Position numbers and translations under genes: made by a program. The notes beneath the pieces are model-generated. The model ran no database searches. It had not been told where the DNA came from and saw nothing but the letters and a program-made list of their open reading frames with translations. A stretch of 63,037 nucleotides of DNA, counting the filler, from Sphacelaria rigidula (taxonomy: Eukaryota), in assembly GCA_964200075.2 (NCBI GenBank). It is 11 parts of 11 records of this genome, joined end to end, with 100 filler letters (N's around TTAATTAATTAA, not from the genome) between each part and the next. Parts side by side here need not be neighbours in the genome. Positions count along the whole stretch, not along the records: positions 11,481 to 17,120 come from CAXNAA020025648.1; positions 17,221 to 22,860 come from CAXNAA020025649.1; positions 22,961 to 28,600 come from CAXNAA020025650.1; 8 more parts are not named here. One strand, 5' to 3'. Below are positions 11,736 through 25,659 of the stretch, in pieces (the first letter of the stretch is position 1; the number at the start of each line of letters is the position of its first letter).

Positions 11736-12763
11736 AATGGTGGGATGCATCTCGGGCGTCAAAACCTTGCATAACTTGAGGGACGTTCCCGCCTTGTATC
11801 GATTTTAGTTGATCATCCAATCATCTCTGCCATAATTTGTGGCCTGGATCACAACATCTTGGGGGGAACGGACATGAGCCATTCCCAGACGATGAGTGAT
11901 CACTTCTTGAGGAATCCAGGGGGGGGGGGGAATATAGCGGCATCCTGAATGGCGAAATGCCCTTGGTACTAGTAAACCCCGATATAGCGGTATAGTTACC
12001 TCTCGTCACTTGCCACCCTATCGGGCCCCCCTCTGTCGTAAGTTGAGCATTTTTCCCTTCCTTTTTGACCTGTCGATCCCAGCTTCATTCACAGTCATGT
12101 AGGCGTCCAATTTGTCCTACGGATCTCAAAATTGGGCGAGATATGAACAGCTCCTACTTAGTAGGAACCTGTAAAACAGCACCCAACGAAGACACAAGGG
12201 CTGCGGAGCCATCACGCCAACATTGCAGGCACATACCTGTCTGCGTACCACTGGGTGCTCATGGCCATGTGCAATACAACGCACTACTGTATAAATGAGG
12301 GACAGGTCGATCATTCTGCTTGAAACGGTCAGAGGACAAATGCTCCCCCATCACCCTGAATCCTAGACCATCGCCCTGACCGCCAAACAGAGAGCTCCCA
12401 ACCCTTCGCAGTGCGCCTGCATCTTCCACCATTGGAAATAATGACGATCGCTTGGAGGGGGACAACAGCGGCGTGGACGTCCGAACGACGGCTCAGAGAT
12501 ACTGAAACATAGTCCACCTTTCACACGATTGGACCGGTCACATCAAGAAGAAGCAATGGAAACACCCGACTTACTCCGGGTCGACTCAACTGATCCCCGT
12601 AATCGTAACATCCAAAACCAAGAAATATCCCAATATCGGGGCACACGACAACCATAAAAACGCCCCACTTTTGTACTTCGAACCTGGGTCTTGGCTGGAT
12701 GATGAACATCGAACGAACAAACCCATCGACACTGATGGGTAAAATCACATCAACAACGAGAAC

Positions 12764-12815
<52 letters not shown>

Positions 12816-13030
12816 ACCCCCCCCCCAGACACCACCAACACACAACCAACAACACAACAACAAATTTTTGGAGCANNNNNNNNNNAACAAACAAACCCAA
12901 CGACACTGATGGGTAAAATCACATCAACAACGAGAAAACCCCCCCCCCCCCCGTCGCCCCCAGCCCCCAGCCGCCACACGATCGCGAAACATATTCAACA
13001 CCAACATGGTATCAAGAAAAAAACACGCAT

Positions 13031-16000
13031 TCATCTTTTGGACGCCGAGGCATCTCCGTATCTGCTCTTGAGCTCCTGCTGCCGCCGAATCTCCTCCGCA
13101 GACAGAGCCGGTGCCTTTCTCCGGGGCGGCGAAGGCTCCGGGCGTCTCTCGACGCGCCTGTCGCCGCCCCGATCCGATCCGCGTTCGGACCCCCGTTCGG
13201 GTCGCTCTGGACTTTTGCGGCGCTGCGTGTACCGATCCAGCTTGAGGCTTAGAGATCCCTTGTAGGACACAGGGCGAGCGGCGTAGTCTTTGCCAATTGC
13301 TTGGGACGCTTCTCGTTCCCGCTTCATCACCTGTGTCGCCCAAGCACGTCGAAAGGTGGAGAATGACCGTGCAAATGAACATCGACTCAAGGTGAAAACT
13401 AGCAAGATCTGCACGATCCACGCGATCACAAGATAGCGTGATCATGAGGTGCGCATGTTCATGAGAATCTGGGCTGCGCTGTTCTGCAAGCATAGCAGGC
13501 GCCGGGCGTGTGAAATGAAAACATTAACAAAAGAAAAATGGACAGCAAGTGTGCAGACATGCGTGCTTGACTCTCAAGCGTCTCACTGGACAATACACAA
13601 CGCATTACTTTGGTGGATCTCGAAAAAGTGTAGTCCATCCCAAGAAAGAGGAACGGAACAAGATACCACGTATCCTTCATTTACTCCTGGCATCCACTTG
13701 AGTTTTTGGGGGCCAGAGCCGAATATGTTGCATGCTGCCCCCGATAATAGATCAACCCTTTGCGGACAAGGTCTCTCATCCTGTAGTCATCATCGACTGA
13801 ACTTCAACGTTGGCAAACCCCGCGTTGTGGCTGAGTAGCCCCCGTCCGATCGCAAGCACTACCCGCAACAGCCCACTACAGATACAACATGTCGTGCACA
13901 TATTCCCCCACCCTTGGAAACGTATCCAGAGTGACCAGAGAAGTTATCGTCACGTACTCTATTTTCCAAACAAATCGCAAGCAGTGTGGTCGTCTGACAC
14001 GCCAGTGAGCCCCTGCGTCTATTGCAACAGAGAATAGATTCCATACTGTGCGCAGTGTATTTTTTTTTACAGTGGAATCTTTGTCCAGGGTGTGATAAAG
14101 TCACGTAATCATGATGTCCACGTGTTCTTCAAAAACGGAAGAAGCAGTGTCCTGCACTGTGTTGCTGTATAATCATATGGTACTGTGGTAATGCGTCATG
14201 TTTTGTCAGTGTCATACTCCACATACACTATTCTCTGATGGAGCCTCCACCAAAACTGCGCAGACATTGATTCACATATCAAAACAGAAAAAAATATATA
14301 TGCAGGATCCTGGGGTCACACACTTACTCCACCGACACGCTCATCTTCAGCACTTTATACACAAGCTGTGAGGTGGCACCTCCTATCGTCCCCATGAACG
14401 AACAATCTGCGCCCCGTCTGCACGCCCATTTTGGGCTTGAACGATTATCAAAAAGTGAGGGTGTGAAACCCGAACCTGAGGATAACTAACCCGTTAGACT
14501 GGAATAAATGTTTCCGTATAGTTTATCTACAACCTGCTGTTGGAACAAAAACAAACAAGAAACTGGACATGCATAGTGTTACCTGGGCGTACAGCTTGCT
14601 GGTGTCCATGTCGAGCAGCGACGACGACATATCTTCGTCAGGAGGCGCGTCCCTGCCGCTGCCGCTGCCGCTGCCCCCGTCCTTGCGGCCATCGCGATCC
14701 CTGCGAAAGAAAAGAAATGACGATGGAAGTAGTGGTGGCAGTGTAAAAATTGAAAAAGCATTTTTTTCGAATCTTCAAAAATCATGATGAAAATAATGGT
14801 AATAATCGACAAAAATATTTCTAGTACAGTATCAACAGTGATCAAAACAAATGAAAAAAAAAAAGTGAAAATAATGACGAAACATTCTATTCGCATTCGC
14901 ATATAATCAACGAAGAGTGATGAAAATACTAGCAGCAGCGTAAAAGGTCCACAAAACGTTCTTCACATGGATCACCAGAAATAATGCTGAAAACGATAGT
15001 AAAATTCGAGAAGGAAAAAAAAAAAACATTTTCTTCGCGAATCATCCAAAAACAATCACTTCAACAGTCGCAGCAGCGTAAAAATCGTTCAAACGTTTTT
15101 CTCAGGAATCGAGATCGCACAAAAGACGTCCAGAGGAGTTGCACCGGAAAAAAGCCAGGGAGAGAGACGGGGGCAAAGGACGATGAAACACTGACGCCCC
15201 CTGTGAGAAACGACGGCAGCTCTCAGGAACTCGTGCTGCAAAAGCACGAGGGAAAATGAGGTGAACAGCGAGACGAGCGACGAACATGCTGATTGATGCA
15301 TGCGGTCAACATTGCGCAGCATGGACCCAACCAACCGACCAGTAACGGGAACTCCGGGTAACCAAGCGTTCGAAGAAACCACGGGCGGATCGGATCAGCT
15401 TTTTAGCCTACTTCTCATGAATCAAAATATGAACCTTGTTGAAAAGTGCGTTTTTTTGCCCTTCTCCGTCGTCTTTCCCCCGAAAAGAGGGCTAGGCGGA
15501 TGTCAACATCTTGGAGTGACTTGCTCTACTCGCTGGGACCATTTCACAGCACCGCTGCGTTCCCCGTAGGTCACAGTTTCGTTTTTGACCAAACTTGCGT
15601 TTTCAATAACGAACGATAAGTTATCATTAAGCAGGGGGAAAACTGACATTTTTCTGATAACTTGACAACTTAGTACTGAAAATGCAAGTTTGGCCAAAAA
15701 CGAAAGTGTGGCCTACGGGAAACGCAAAGGTGCTCTGGGAGCGTCTCAGCGAGTAGAGCACGTCATTCCGAGGTGTTGACATCCGCCGAGCTCTCTTTTC
15801 GGGAGAAAAACGATGGAGAAGGGCCAAAAATGCACTTTTCAACAAGTTTCATTTTTTATACATAAGAAGTAGCCTTCGAGTCCTTACTCGAGCGGCAAAA
15901 TGTGACTCGAAGGCTCTCAAATTTTCCGTGTAAGTAGCAACAGGAGAAGAAAAGAGAGGATTCACACGCGCGTGGGGATTCAGTCAACAACTTCGTCTGG

Positions 16001-16507
16001 AACATCAAATACATGCCAAAATGGTCCATGTTGATGACCAAACTTGCACCCAGCACCTTCACTACAATACATTTACAATCCGGTCTTTTGTGTTTTCGCC
16101 ATGGTGACGACGACTCGTGTAGCGCGTGTGAAAACAAAACGGAATAAATGAGATGAAACAATAGTAAAAAATATATATGTGGGCAATCACAAGTGCGCTT
16201 GCTTACCTCGCTTCGCATTAAAATGCCGTACAAAATATCAGTCATTCACCACGCGCCTACCCACAGTATCACGTGTACAAAAAAAAACATTTGTCTTCAG
16301 ACGTGTTCACACCTGTCCCTCCGAGCAGAGCGGTCGCGAGAATCTGATCGGGACCTGCCTCTCCCGCTGCCGCTGCCGCTGCCACCGCCCCTGTCTCGAC
16401 TGTCCCGCTTGCCACTGCTGCTACCGCCGCCTCCTCGATCTTCTCGGGACGACCGCCCACCTCCGCGGTCGCGAGAATTCCTTCGGCCATGCCGACCATC
16501 ACGGTCT
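13031..16507 (-). CDS. PRPF38B: PRP38B/SRL1-like pre-mRNA splicing factor, 3' part; exons 16507-16313, 14700-14583, 13330-13031
   Basis: RS/RD-rich exons in consistent phase (195, 118, 300 nt) with CAG/GT borders. The last exon carries GKDYAARPVSYKGSLSLK and LKSRYGDAS, recalled as similar to plant SRL1/PRP38B tails. The PRP38 domain itself is off the contig. Confidence 0.65.
15406..15874. mobile_element. PIF/Harbinger-like foldback MITE
   Basis: Long imperfect TIRs related to 31338-32180 and 40548-41017; flanks TTA/TTC. Confidence 0.7.
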
Positions 16508-16742
16508 CTGGCGAAGTATGGAGAAGGGAATACAGAAATATCGATTTACAGTCTGGAAAGGTTTCGGTACATGACCCAGTGCCTCCATCAGGGATGTTTG
16601 TGTGGCATCAAGCAGGAGGGAAGGGAGAGGTTCATGGATCACTCGGACTATGGCACATGAGCTTCTACAGCAAGCTACACCCACTCTACCGTGACCCCAT
16701 TAAGCTTTGCCACACGCGACTGCCATTCGCATCATGACACTA

Positions 16743-17120
16743 CGAGCTGGGCCAGCCGAGAAGTGATTGTGCAGTTTGCAGGCCCATTATACGGCCAATA
16801 CTTGGAGTTGAATCTGGAAATTTGGTATGGACAATGAATGATAAGGGTATAATGAAAAAAAATACTGGCGCACACAAGGGTTCTTTTTCTTTTCCATGAG
16901 TTAATGGCATTTTACCGATATCTGAAAACTGATTACTGCCCTTGACCCATGAAAAAAAAAAACTTGTGTGCGCCAGCAATTTTTTTATTATGCCCAACTC
17001 ACTGTCCAGACCAAATTTCAGGGTCCGACTCCAAGTATTGGCCGTATCACGGGCCGTTTAGTAACAGGGTCAGAATAAATTCGAAACAGTATTTTCCAGG
17101 CCATTTACCGGCCCACGTTT
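16743..17120. mobile_element. CGAGCTGGGCCAGC-family element, truncated by contig end
   Basis: Starts TA|CGAGCTGGGCCAGCC, as at 50709. Confidence 0.7.
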
Positions 17121-17735
17121 NNNNNNNNNNNNNNNNNNNNNNNNNNNNNNNNNNNNNNNNNNNNTTAATTAATTAANNNNNNNNNNNNNNNNNNNNNNNN
17201 NNNNNNNNNNNNNNNNNNNNTCCAGCGAATCACGATTGTTGAAGTTTTTCTCTGGGTATACAAACAACTATTTGAAGAAGAAACGTTTTCACACCCGGGC
17301 AGGAACCATCGAAGTGGCAAAGTGGCCCAAAATCACCCAATATATATATATATATATTTTAGCGAAGCCAAATCGCGTAAAAATACGCCTCCGGTGGGGC
17401 CCCCTCACCAGCCGGGGGGGGGGGCGGTGGTCGCGGCTGCGCCGCGACACCAATATACTGATAGGACCCAGTCAATTCGCTGCTCTCCGCAGCCAGTTTA
17501 CCTGGTACTTGCGCGTAGCGCCAGTCCCCAACCCTACCAAATCCCGACTACATCCACAGCCAAACTGGACCAATCCGACACGACAGCAAATCCGTACAAT
17601 TCATATATCTCAACCGCAACTCCGCTCATTTCCATTTCTGGGACAATGGTCAGCACAGCGAACGCGATGCACTGTGTAATGCCAACAGCTCGACCCCCCT
17701 CCCCCTCCACGGACCTCTTTTCGAATCGAACCCAC

Positions 17736-20700
17736 CTGAGTTGACACGCGCGTGTCGGTAGTAGATGTTACAGCAGGAGTAGCCGTGGTACCAAACGACC
17801 CACCGGTCGACCCCCCTCCTCCGTATGAGCCATATGTGCCTCGATCCCCAACACTTGAAACTCCGGCACCGCCGCCCCCACCCCCTATGCCGGAGCTCGA
17901 CATCCCCAAGCCATACTCGCTCGCGTCCGTGTACATGGAAGATCCGGACATACCCATTCCGCCCGTTCCGCCTCGTAGAGCCTGATTGTTTATATTATGG
18001 TTGTTTCGAGAAGGACGGTGGCAGCTAAGGCTTTGAGTATTGTCCTCACAAGTATTGCTACACCAGGATGATCAGAGTGCGCTTCGTGACCGCCAATCCC
18101 AACACTACTGTTGCTTCTCTTTGGCTTCCGTCATCCGGAAGCGTGAAGACGTGACAAAAGCAAAAATGGATCCAACGGTAGGTTGACATGCTGCGGCAGT
18201 GCCGATCTAATCCACACCCTGGACAATGAATACATTATATAGTAAAAAACTGTACTGCGTACAGTATGGAATCTTTTGTCTATTGCGATAGGAGCAATAG
18301 TCGATACTGTACGCAGTACACTTTTTGACTGTGCATTCTCTTGTCCAGGGTGTGATCTAATCCTTCAACAGTAAATTGTAAGGCAAGTATCGTGGGAGGA
18401 ACGGGGTCAAGCCTCGGGAGTACTAACTCGTTCAATCGAGGGAGGTTGGGGCGAGGGGGGTTGAGTGCAAATATTACAAGAAGGGGGACAAAAAAAAGGG
18501 AGTTGAAATTGTTTTGGGTTCGGTTATTTCATTTTACGAGCTACATGACATGGGCTACGTCAGGTTTGAATTGTTCGAAAAAACCCATGTAGCTGACGAG
18601 TTCACACAAAATAACGGGATAAAACAGCAGCAGCAGTATAGTAACATTAGCAACACGCTCTATCCTTTCTTGTTCGCAAAGCTTAACTCACCCCTTCTCG
18701 AATGGACTGAGATGGACCATGCAAAACTTGTTGGTTCTAAACAGCTGTTTTGTTCACTACACAAGACACCTTTTTTCAGGAACATGTGAATGTTCGGTAT
18801 ATACATAGAGAGAGATGAAATAGCACCAGAGAACCCCTGATCGTTTTTTACCCTGCAGTCAAGTGCGTGCAGAGTTAGTACCTATGTAAGATGTATGGCT
18901 TCGGCGGATACAACGGCAAGAAATAGCTGCCATCACTCTGCATTCTCGACTGCACGCTGGTAATCTCTCTGCCCAGAGTTCCACAACAACACTACAGACA
19001 TCGTGAAACTATGCTGGCAAGACACGAGGGGTCGGGAAGGCAGCAAAGACCACGAGCAGTGTACAACGCACGTTGTTTGTGCCCATGTCATCTGCAGATG
19101 GACGATCATCACCAAAATGGGAACTACACCTAGGCCGCCTAGTAGTCAATCTCAGTCCATCTCAGATTATCATTCTTATCAATCACAGCTCTCAAAAGGG
19201 TCACTCCGCTCCTCTCGGGTGTCGTTCTTGGCTTACAATTTCTCGCGGGAAACTCCCGAACACGCATGGCCGACTACGTGAGCTTTCCGGCTGTTCTGTG
19301 AACAGACCCTCACCCCCCTGTCAAAAACCACCAAACCGCCCCTTAGGAACCCGCAGATGTCCCTCGACTTTCAGCCGGTGAAACTGTTCCGAGGCGATGC
19401 TAGCGGTGAAAGGGTTACAACCTAAACCTACAATGAGGCGTTTTCGCGCCATGGTCCATTATTATATTTTGTATTTTGTGTAAGTTTTCTCGGCTTTTTT
19501 CTTCTTCGGTCTCCTTTGTAATTTAGATCTTACTTCCCCCTTCTCTTCAGTCTCTACAATGATGAACATTTCCGTTCTGTTTACTCTGGGTACGTCTATA
19601 TCTCGCGACATCGACTTCCGCTGCATTCTTCGGGGAGGACCAGCCAACGTCTCAATCATTTCATCTCTCTGATCGATCAATGGTTGTCTCTCACATATTT
19701 CTTCAACACATGAGGAAAAAAAACAAAACACTCACCATCTCTTTCTGCTTTTCGCGCAGCTCCCTAGCCCGTCTGCTAGCCTCCTCCTTTGCAGCCTCCC
19801 TCTTGCTATCCTGGATCATGTTGTGCAATCGCTCTTCGTGCGAGTCCATCTCCATGTTAGTCTTGATCTGTTCCAGACAAAGCAATCGACCAACCAACCG
19901 ATCGATCAAAAAAGCTCATATACCAAGTAAGAGGTACATGCCATGAAAACATGTTCGTGCCAGTACGTACGAAACCCGTTTCGCGACTTGCCATGTGTGG
20001 TACGCTGATTGGATATCATCTTCGCCAATAGCGCCTAAACTTCCCCTCACCCTTTTCTCCCTCCAACTTTAACTTCTGGATGCTTTGAAAAAAAGCGCAC
20101 GAATGCTCCCGTGACAAAACATTCCGCACGGATATAGCCTTCGAAAGGGCTACGTCCTCCGTCAACCTCAGTCTCACATCCTCAGAACGACCTAGCGGGT
20201 CAAGGTTCAGGCCTGGGGGTGTACCCACGCCCCGCCTTTCGGCATGCCGGAACGTTTCAGGAAGGACCAGCGCGTGTTCCCGCGATGCGGCACTGAGACC
20301 GTTTCACGTTTTCAGGAATCGATTCTTGAAAGCGTCCGCGAAGCCGGAACACACTGTGGCATCGACCACCACACCGACAGCAGGTCATTTTCCAGGTGAA
20401 AGCTTACGACCGAGAGATATCATGGCATTGGAGTCGGTCCTAGTAGCCATATATTTCGACACCCGCATTTCTCCCCTTTATTTTCGCGGCCGAGTTATAT
20501 GAATCAGGTAGATGGAGTCTTTTCCAAGCGTGTACGCAGTTGTGATTACAATCAAGTATGGGTATATATGTTTACATATATCACATCTTGGACAATATAT
20601 GGTCAATAGTTGCACTAGACAAGAAACGCCCTGCATGCAGTATAGGCCTATTGCAACTATTGCCGGCCGACAATAGTCGCAATAGGGCTATACTCTATGC

Positions 20701-22352
20701 AGTGCGTTTCTTGTCTATTGCAACTATTGACCATATATTGTCCCAGGTGTGATATATATATAGATGTATATTGATGAGTGTTACGACGTTCACTGGAAAA
20801 CACGAACGGTCAACGTTCGACAAGGTCAAACCAACCCACCTACAGACTGGAACCTTACACGAGAAAATTGAGCAAACACCGCCCAGCGTTTTGACCACAG
20901 TTACAAGCTGATCTCAAGAAAAATATAGCAATCAAGAACCCATCACCAGACTTTCGCCTGGCTTAGCTATTCTCGACACGCGACCCCCGCAGCTGGACGT
21001 ACACCCATACTTTGTCGCACTTTTCTATCTTCTCCTCTGTTCCGGAGGATGGATGATTGACCTTTTTCGTACTTGTTGCCATATCGGACATTGTCGAATT
21101 TTACGGGACGTTACAATGACTCGTCTGTGCAGGAGAGAGGATAAAAAAACGTGACTGAGCATCTGTTGATACAATGCTCATCAAGACCTCTTAGGTTTTT
21201 TCTTTACGTAAAACAACACTCGCATGCATTTCGGCAGGGGCGACAACAAAACGAGGCAGAAAAAAAACAAAAAGCTTCATATCGGAATACTTTCGACTGC
21301 CCAAGGCACTTTGTTGTATCCAACGGGGGAAACACCTCAGAGACTGACCACCATCATTGATACCGCGTATGATCAGGTATGCAGACCAGTTTCAAAATTC
21401 TCCCCCTGTAGTGTAGTGTCGGTCTCAGCGAGCGAGTGCCCGGGCTAAAACCTTCATCAAAATCGGAGCCTTGCGCAGGGCACGCCGAGCAGAATACAAC
21501 TACCTTTCACAACGCCATCCCCTTCCGACGGAGTTCACGTCGGGGCGAACATGGCTCTATGCCATCGAGGATACGGATACTGTTTTCAGACAATTATCAT
21601 AGATCACCACACTTCCCGCCGAGGCGCTGTGCTTGATCTTGCAGTGTCACTTGAATTGGTGACACCTGCACCTACTGATTGCATATACGTCGTGAGAAAA
21701 GTGCGTGAGGAGAATGATCATCGAAGGCTTAACTCCTTCACCGTGAAACGGATCGCCATTTTTTTTCACGGTCCACATATGCCAAGTGCACCACTGTGCG
21801 TGAGTTTCTGGTGATTCATGACTTTTTCTACACACAATAAAGTCTGGACTTTTCGGTGGCGAGTAAAGGTGAAGAGGGCAAAAAAAAGAGGTGAAAAGGG
21901 CAAAATCCGAAATTCCATCATGGAATATGAAGAACAAAAAGGAGACATAAACGCACAATGCTCTTGGGTGTCACAGTAGAACGGATCCATCCTGAAGTAG
22001 GGGGGGGGCACCAAGGAGAACAGCTACTGACATCCTGGCGTCACCTTGAATCTAACTGTTTTTGTTCCCGGGTGACGACGTAAGAGTTGGCTTGATGGTT
22101 GTTTGGATTTTGCCCATCGAATTACACCAACCTATTAAAAAGCGACAGCAGGAATTTACCCAAGGAAGGCCGAAATTCGTCACTTGCTCGCATGCCGGGG
22201 ATGACAATACACCAGTGAGTTGCTTGCCTGCTGCAGCGTGATGTTTTCCTTGTGACCGCCGGTGGTGATAACCTCATCAAAGGCGAACACAAGCTCGAAA
22301 GCCTTGTTGCCGACCTTCTCCTCCGTCAGACCTCCGGCAACGTCCGGCACGA
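17736..22352 (-). CDS. ARCN1: Coatomer subunit delta (delta-COP), internal exons 22352-22228, 19867-19736, 17981-17736
   Basis: Spliced product ...KAFELVFAFDEVITTGGHKENITLQQ|IKTNMEMDSHEERLHNMIQDSKREAAKEE... is the delta-COP longin domain end and helix, followed by the Gly/Ser linker. The first of these introns uses a GC donor. Confidence 0.93.
18213..18354. mobile_element. 142-bp hairpin MITE with 8-bp TSD (hAT-like)
   Basis: TIR CACACCCTGGACAA with a perfect TSD ATCTAATC on both sides. Confidence 0.88.
20582..20751. mobile_element. 170-bp near-perfect palindromic MITE, same TIR family
   Basis: CACATCTTGGACAATATATGGTCAATAGTTGCA...TGCAACTATTGACCATATATTGTCCCAGGTGTG; flanks acatatat/atatatat. 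Confidence 0.8.
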
Positions 22353-22794
22353 CTATGAACAACCAAATAGAGGACAGGCACGTCGCACAACGAAACCACA
22401 CCGTAACACAGTTTTAGCAACAAGCACATGCCATCAAGAAAAAAAAAAAAACATGAACAAAAAACGAAGAATTCGGTGCGATGGGAACGGAAGGAAAGGT
22501 AAAAGGAAGGAACAGTTACTTGCAAGAGAAAGGAGACAACGTTTCGAGGCAAAAACGAAAGCAAAAGAAAGAAGCAAAAGCAGGAGGGGAAAATAAAGAT
22601 GGCACTGTGAGGAAAAGCTTCAGCGTGCGAATACCTCTTGTTTTTCGATGTACAAGTCTCGACACGTGTCAGATCGACAGACCCGCATTCAATGACCCAC
22701 AAGAACTTCTGATCCCGCTCATCGCCAAGCGCAACCGCAAACACTCGGGGTAAGTTCAACACACATACAACATCTTGCAACGTCCACAGCTCTC

Positions 22795-22837
<43 letters not shown>

Positions 22838-22960
22838 CCGCACATTAGTCCGATCTCGCGNNNNNNNNNNNNNNNNNNNNNNNNNNNNNNNNNNNNNNNN
22901 NNNNTTAATTAATTAANNNNNNNNNNNNNNNNNNNNNNNNNNNNNNNNNNNNNNNNNNNN

Positions 22961-23372
22961 GGCTTGCACTCAATCACTAAGCGCTGAGCGCCGTGGTGTG
23001 TTCGGCGAGTCGCATGAAGGGTGAGCTGCATCCTACTAAGATTGTTCGGCCCGACCCCTCTAATTGTCTTGCATTCCGGTGACAGCCTCCAATGAGTTGC
23101 GTTTTTTTCTGGTATCGGCACTTCCTGAGACAGCCATGACTTATACATTGCCTCATGGGCGTCTCATCATTTGAACACTACGTAATACGATCATCTCCAT
23201 TGTGCGGAGTTGAGGTTCTCCCACGCCGCACAACATGATCGAGCTCGACTACCATCGTGGTTACCGGACAAAAGCGCAAGCGGGCAAAAAACATCGGCAG
23301 CCCGGTTGCCTAGTCTACGCAGTAAGTGGCGGGGTTCATAGCGTCATCGCCACCCGACGCCAACCCCATCGG
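22961..23372. repeat. Dispersed repeat, homologous to ~58760-59117
   Basis: Shared blocks CTAAGATTGTTCGGC, GAGTTGAGGTTCTCCCAC and CAACCC in the same order. Confidence 0.6.
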
Positions 23373-23428
23373 GGGTCCGCCCGTACAAACCCGGGACGAA
23401 GCACGCCGGATTCTGGCCGGACATGGCT

Positions 23429-25392
23429 GGGGGGTGGGGGAGGGAGAGCGTACTCATTTGTTGCTTGCCTTATTCGTTTGACCATTGACCAAGCATCCCT
23501 TCCGAGACGGAGCACCGTTCGTACTCCTAATGGAGACACCTTCTACATCCTGGCGCTCATTACGTTTTTTCCATACAGTACACAAAAACCTCTTACATAT
23601 CTTGTCCCCGTCCTGTTTCGCCGCCTGTGACCACCATCTATCTCCTAGTATAGCCGCCGGTTTCTCCCTACTGTCCAATGCATCAAACGATTTCATGCCA
23701 CCTTCGTTCACGTCCCGCATTTCCCCCTCTAGCTCGTCCGGTTCCTCCTTGTATAGTTCATATTCTGCAACTATATGCCTTCTGCTCTCTACTGCTTTGC
23801 CACAGAGGCAGTTCTGCCCATCTACTTCCTCCTCCTTTCGACTACTGGTATACCTCTTTCCTCTTTCTGGCAGGTCCAGGTCCCCCACCCGAAATCGCAG
23901 TTTTATCTTTTTGCCGCGTCCATGGGGCCATGCAGATATGTTTTCATTCCCACCCCTTCTCTCAAACCCCCGTGTAGCTTCAGGTGTTCTTCCTCGTCTA
24001 CCTTGCGTCTGAGCGCTTCCTTTTCCTCTATTTCTTTCACGTCTCTTACTTTTGTCTTTTACCCCGCGCCTTCAACTATTAACAGTATTTCGTCTTAGTT
24101 TCCTCCTATCTCCTTTCATACTTTCTCGACTTCTCCATCCCACCTTGTGGCATGCCCTTTCGTACTTTTCTTCCATACAGCCTGCTCAACTGTAGCTGCC
24201 TGTCTCTTTCTCTGCATGTTCTTTACGTTATATTGCCATATCAATTTCCTCATGTCTCTCTTTGTTCTAAGTGAGTACATTCCCAACTCTGCTCTCAGTG
24301 CTGTATTACTCGTCGTTTTCGAGCACCCAAGTATCATCTTAGCTGCTGCCATCTGTACTGTTTTTAACTTCTTCACCACTTTCAGGTTCCCCTCGAATAC
24401 TTCTCCTGCATATTCCAGCTTTGGTACAATCACGTTCATCAGGATACATCTCTTAACCCTAGTGTCTAGGTGCGAATCTCTGAGGACCACGTCCATCATT
24501 TCTATCTGTGCCTTACCCTTTTCTATTACTTTGTTTATGTGTGCGTCCCAAGAACAGTGTTTTTCTGTCTCTACGCCAAGGTATGTATACTGGTCTACAA
24601 TCGGCAATTCCTCTTCTCCCCACTTCCATTTGAACTCTACTGGATTATTCTTGTCTTCGTCACAGACAAGTACCGCGCATTTGTTGACATTCGTTGTCAC
24701 TTTTCATTTTCTAGTGTATTCTAGCGCCTTGTCTATCTGCTTTCGCAGTCCCTTCTGCTACTCCTGAAAGTCCCACAAAATTTTCTACGAACATCAAAGC
24801 TGGTATCACATCTTCATCCACCTTGACTCCTTGATTTGCTGCTCCTATTGCTAGTGTCAAGTCATTAATGAATACCTTGAATAAAGTGGGTGATAACGTA
24901 CATCCTTGTGCAACTCCTTGTAAAATATCAAAATATTTCGATATTTCCCCGTCTAGCATCATGACACTTCTGGCACATTCTGTCATCTTCTTCACCATTC
25001 TCCACATCTTTCCTCTGATCCCAGTTCCCCATAACGTTTCCACAGCCCATTTCTGCATACTGTGTCATAAGCCGTTTGCACGTCCAGAAACAAACAGTAC
25101 GCTGTCAAGCCGGTGTCTTTGCTACCTTGAATAATCTCACCTAGTGTGTACACATGATCTACACAATTGCGTTTGGGTCTGAAACCTGCTCGTCCCTCGC
25201 TGAGTTTTTCGTCCTTTTCTAGCATCGTTTCTACTCCATCGTTCAGAATCTTACGGAATGTTTTCCCTACCGTGCTCAGTAGCGTTATCCCTCTATAATT
25301 CCCTGGGTTAGCCTTTTCTCCTTTTTTGAAAAGATCGACTACTACTCCTTCTCTCCACCTCTTTGGTGTGTACTTGTTTTCCCAGATCCAGC
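23429..25392 (-). pseudogene. 5'-truncated LINE with decayed reverse transcriptase ORF2
   Basis: Frameshifted pieces contain NPGNYRGITLLS, GFRPKRNCVDH, FLDV..AYD, GVAQGCTLSPTLF, YTYLGV and PKLEYAGEV. The 3' end is GGTCAATGGTCAAACG..AAGGCAAGCAACAAATGAGTACG plus a C-rich tail. Confidence 0.93.
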
Positions 25393-25659
25393 TGGAGGGT
25401 GGGGGGCGGTGATTTCACGAAAAAGTGGACTCATAGCTGTGTCCGACGACCTAACACACTCGCGGTACGCTTGTATTTGGGCAAACCGGTGTCAAGCGGA
25501 ATGGGTGAGTGTTTTTCATCGGCAACAAGCGCATTCGAGCAAGAGTCAATTGTTGCTTTCGACGGCGATTTGACGTATAATTTTATGGAAGAAATGGTCC
25601 AAAATACACCCCCCCTCCACCCTATCGCGGGTGTACGGACGAATGGAAAGACGCTACCA

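Noticed and set aside
12699..12975. Polyproline/polyglycine ORFs and a local duplication
   Set aside because: Poly-C runs and a duplicated segment flank an internal 10-N gap, so this is probably an assembly artefact. The same applies to 29370-29590.
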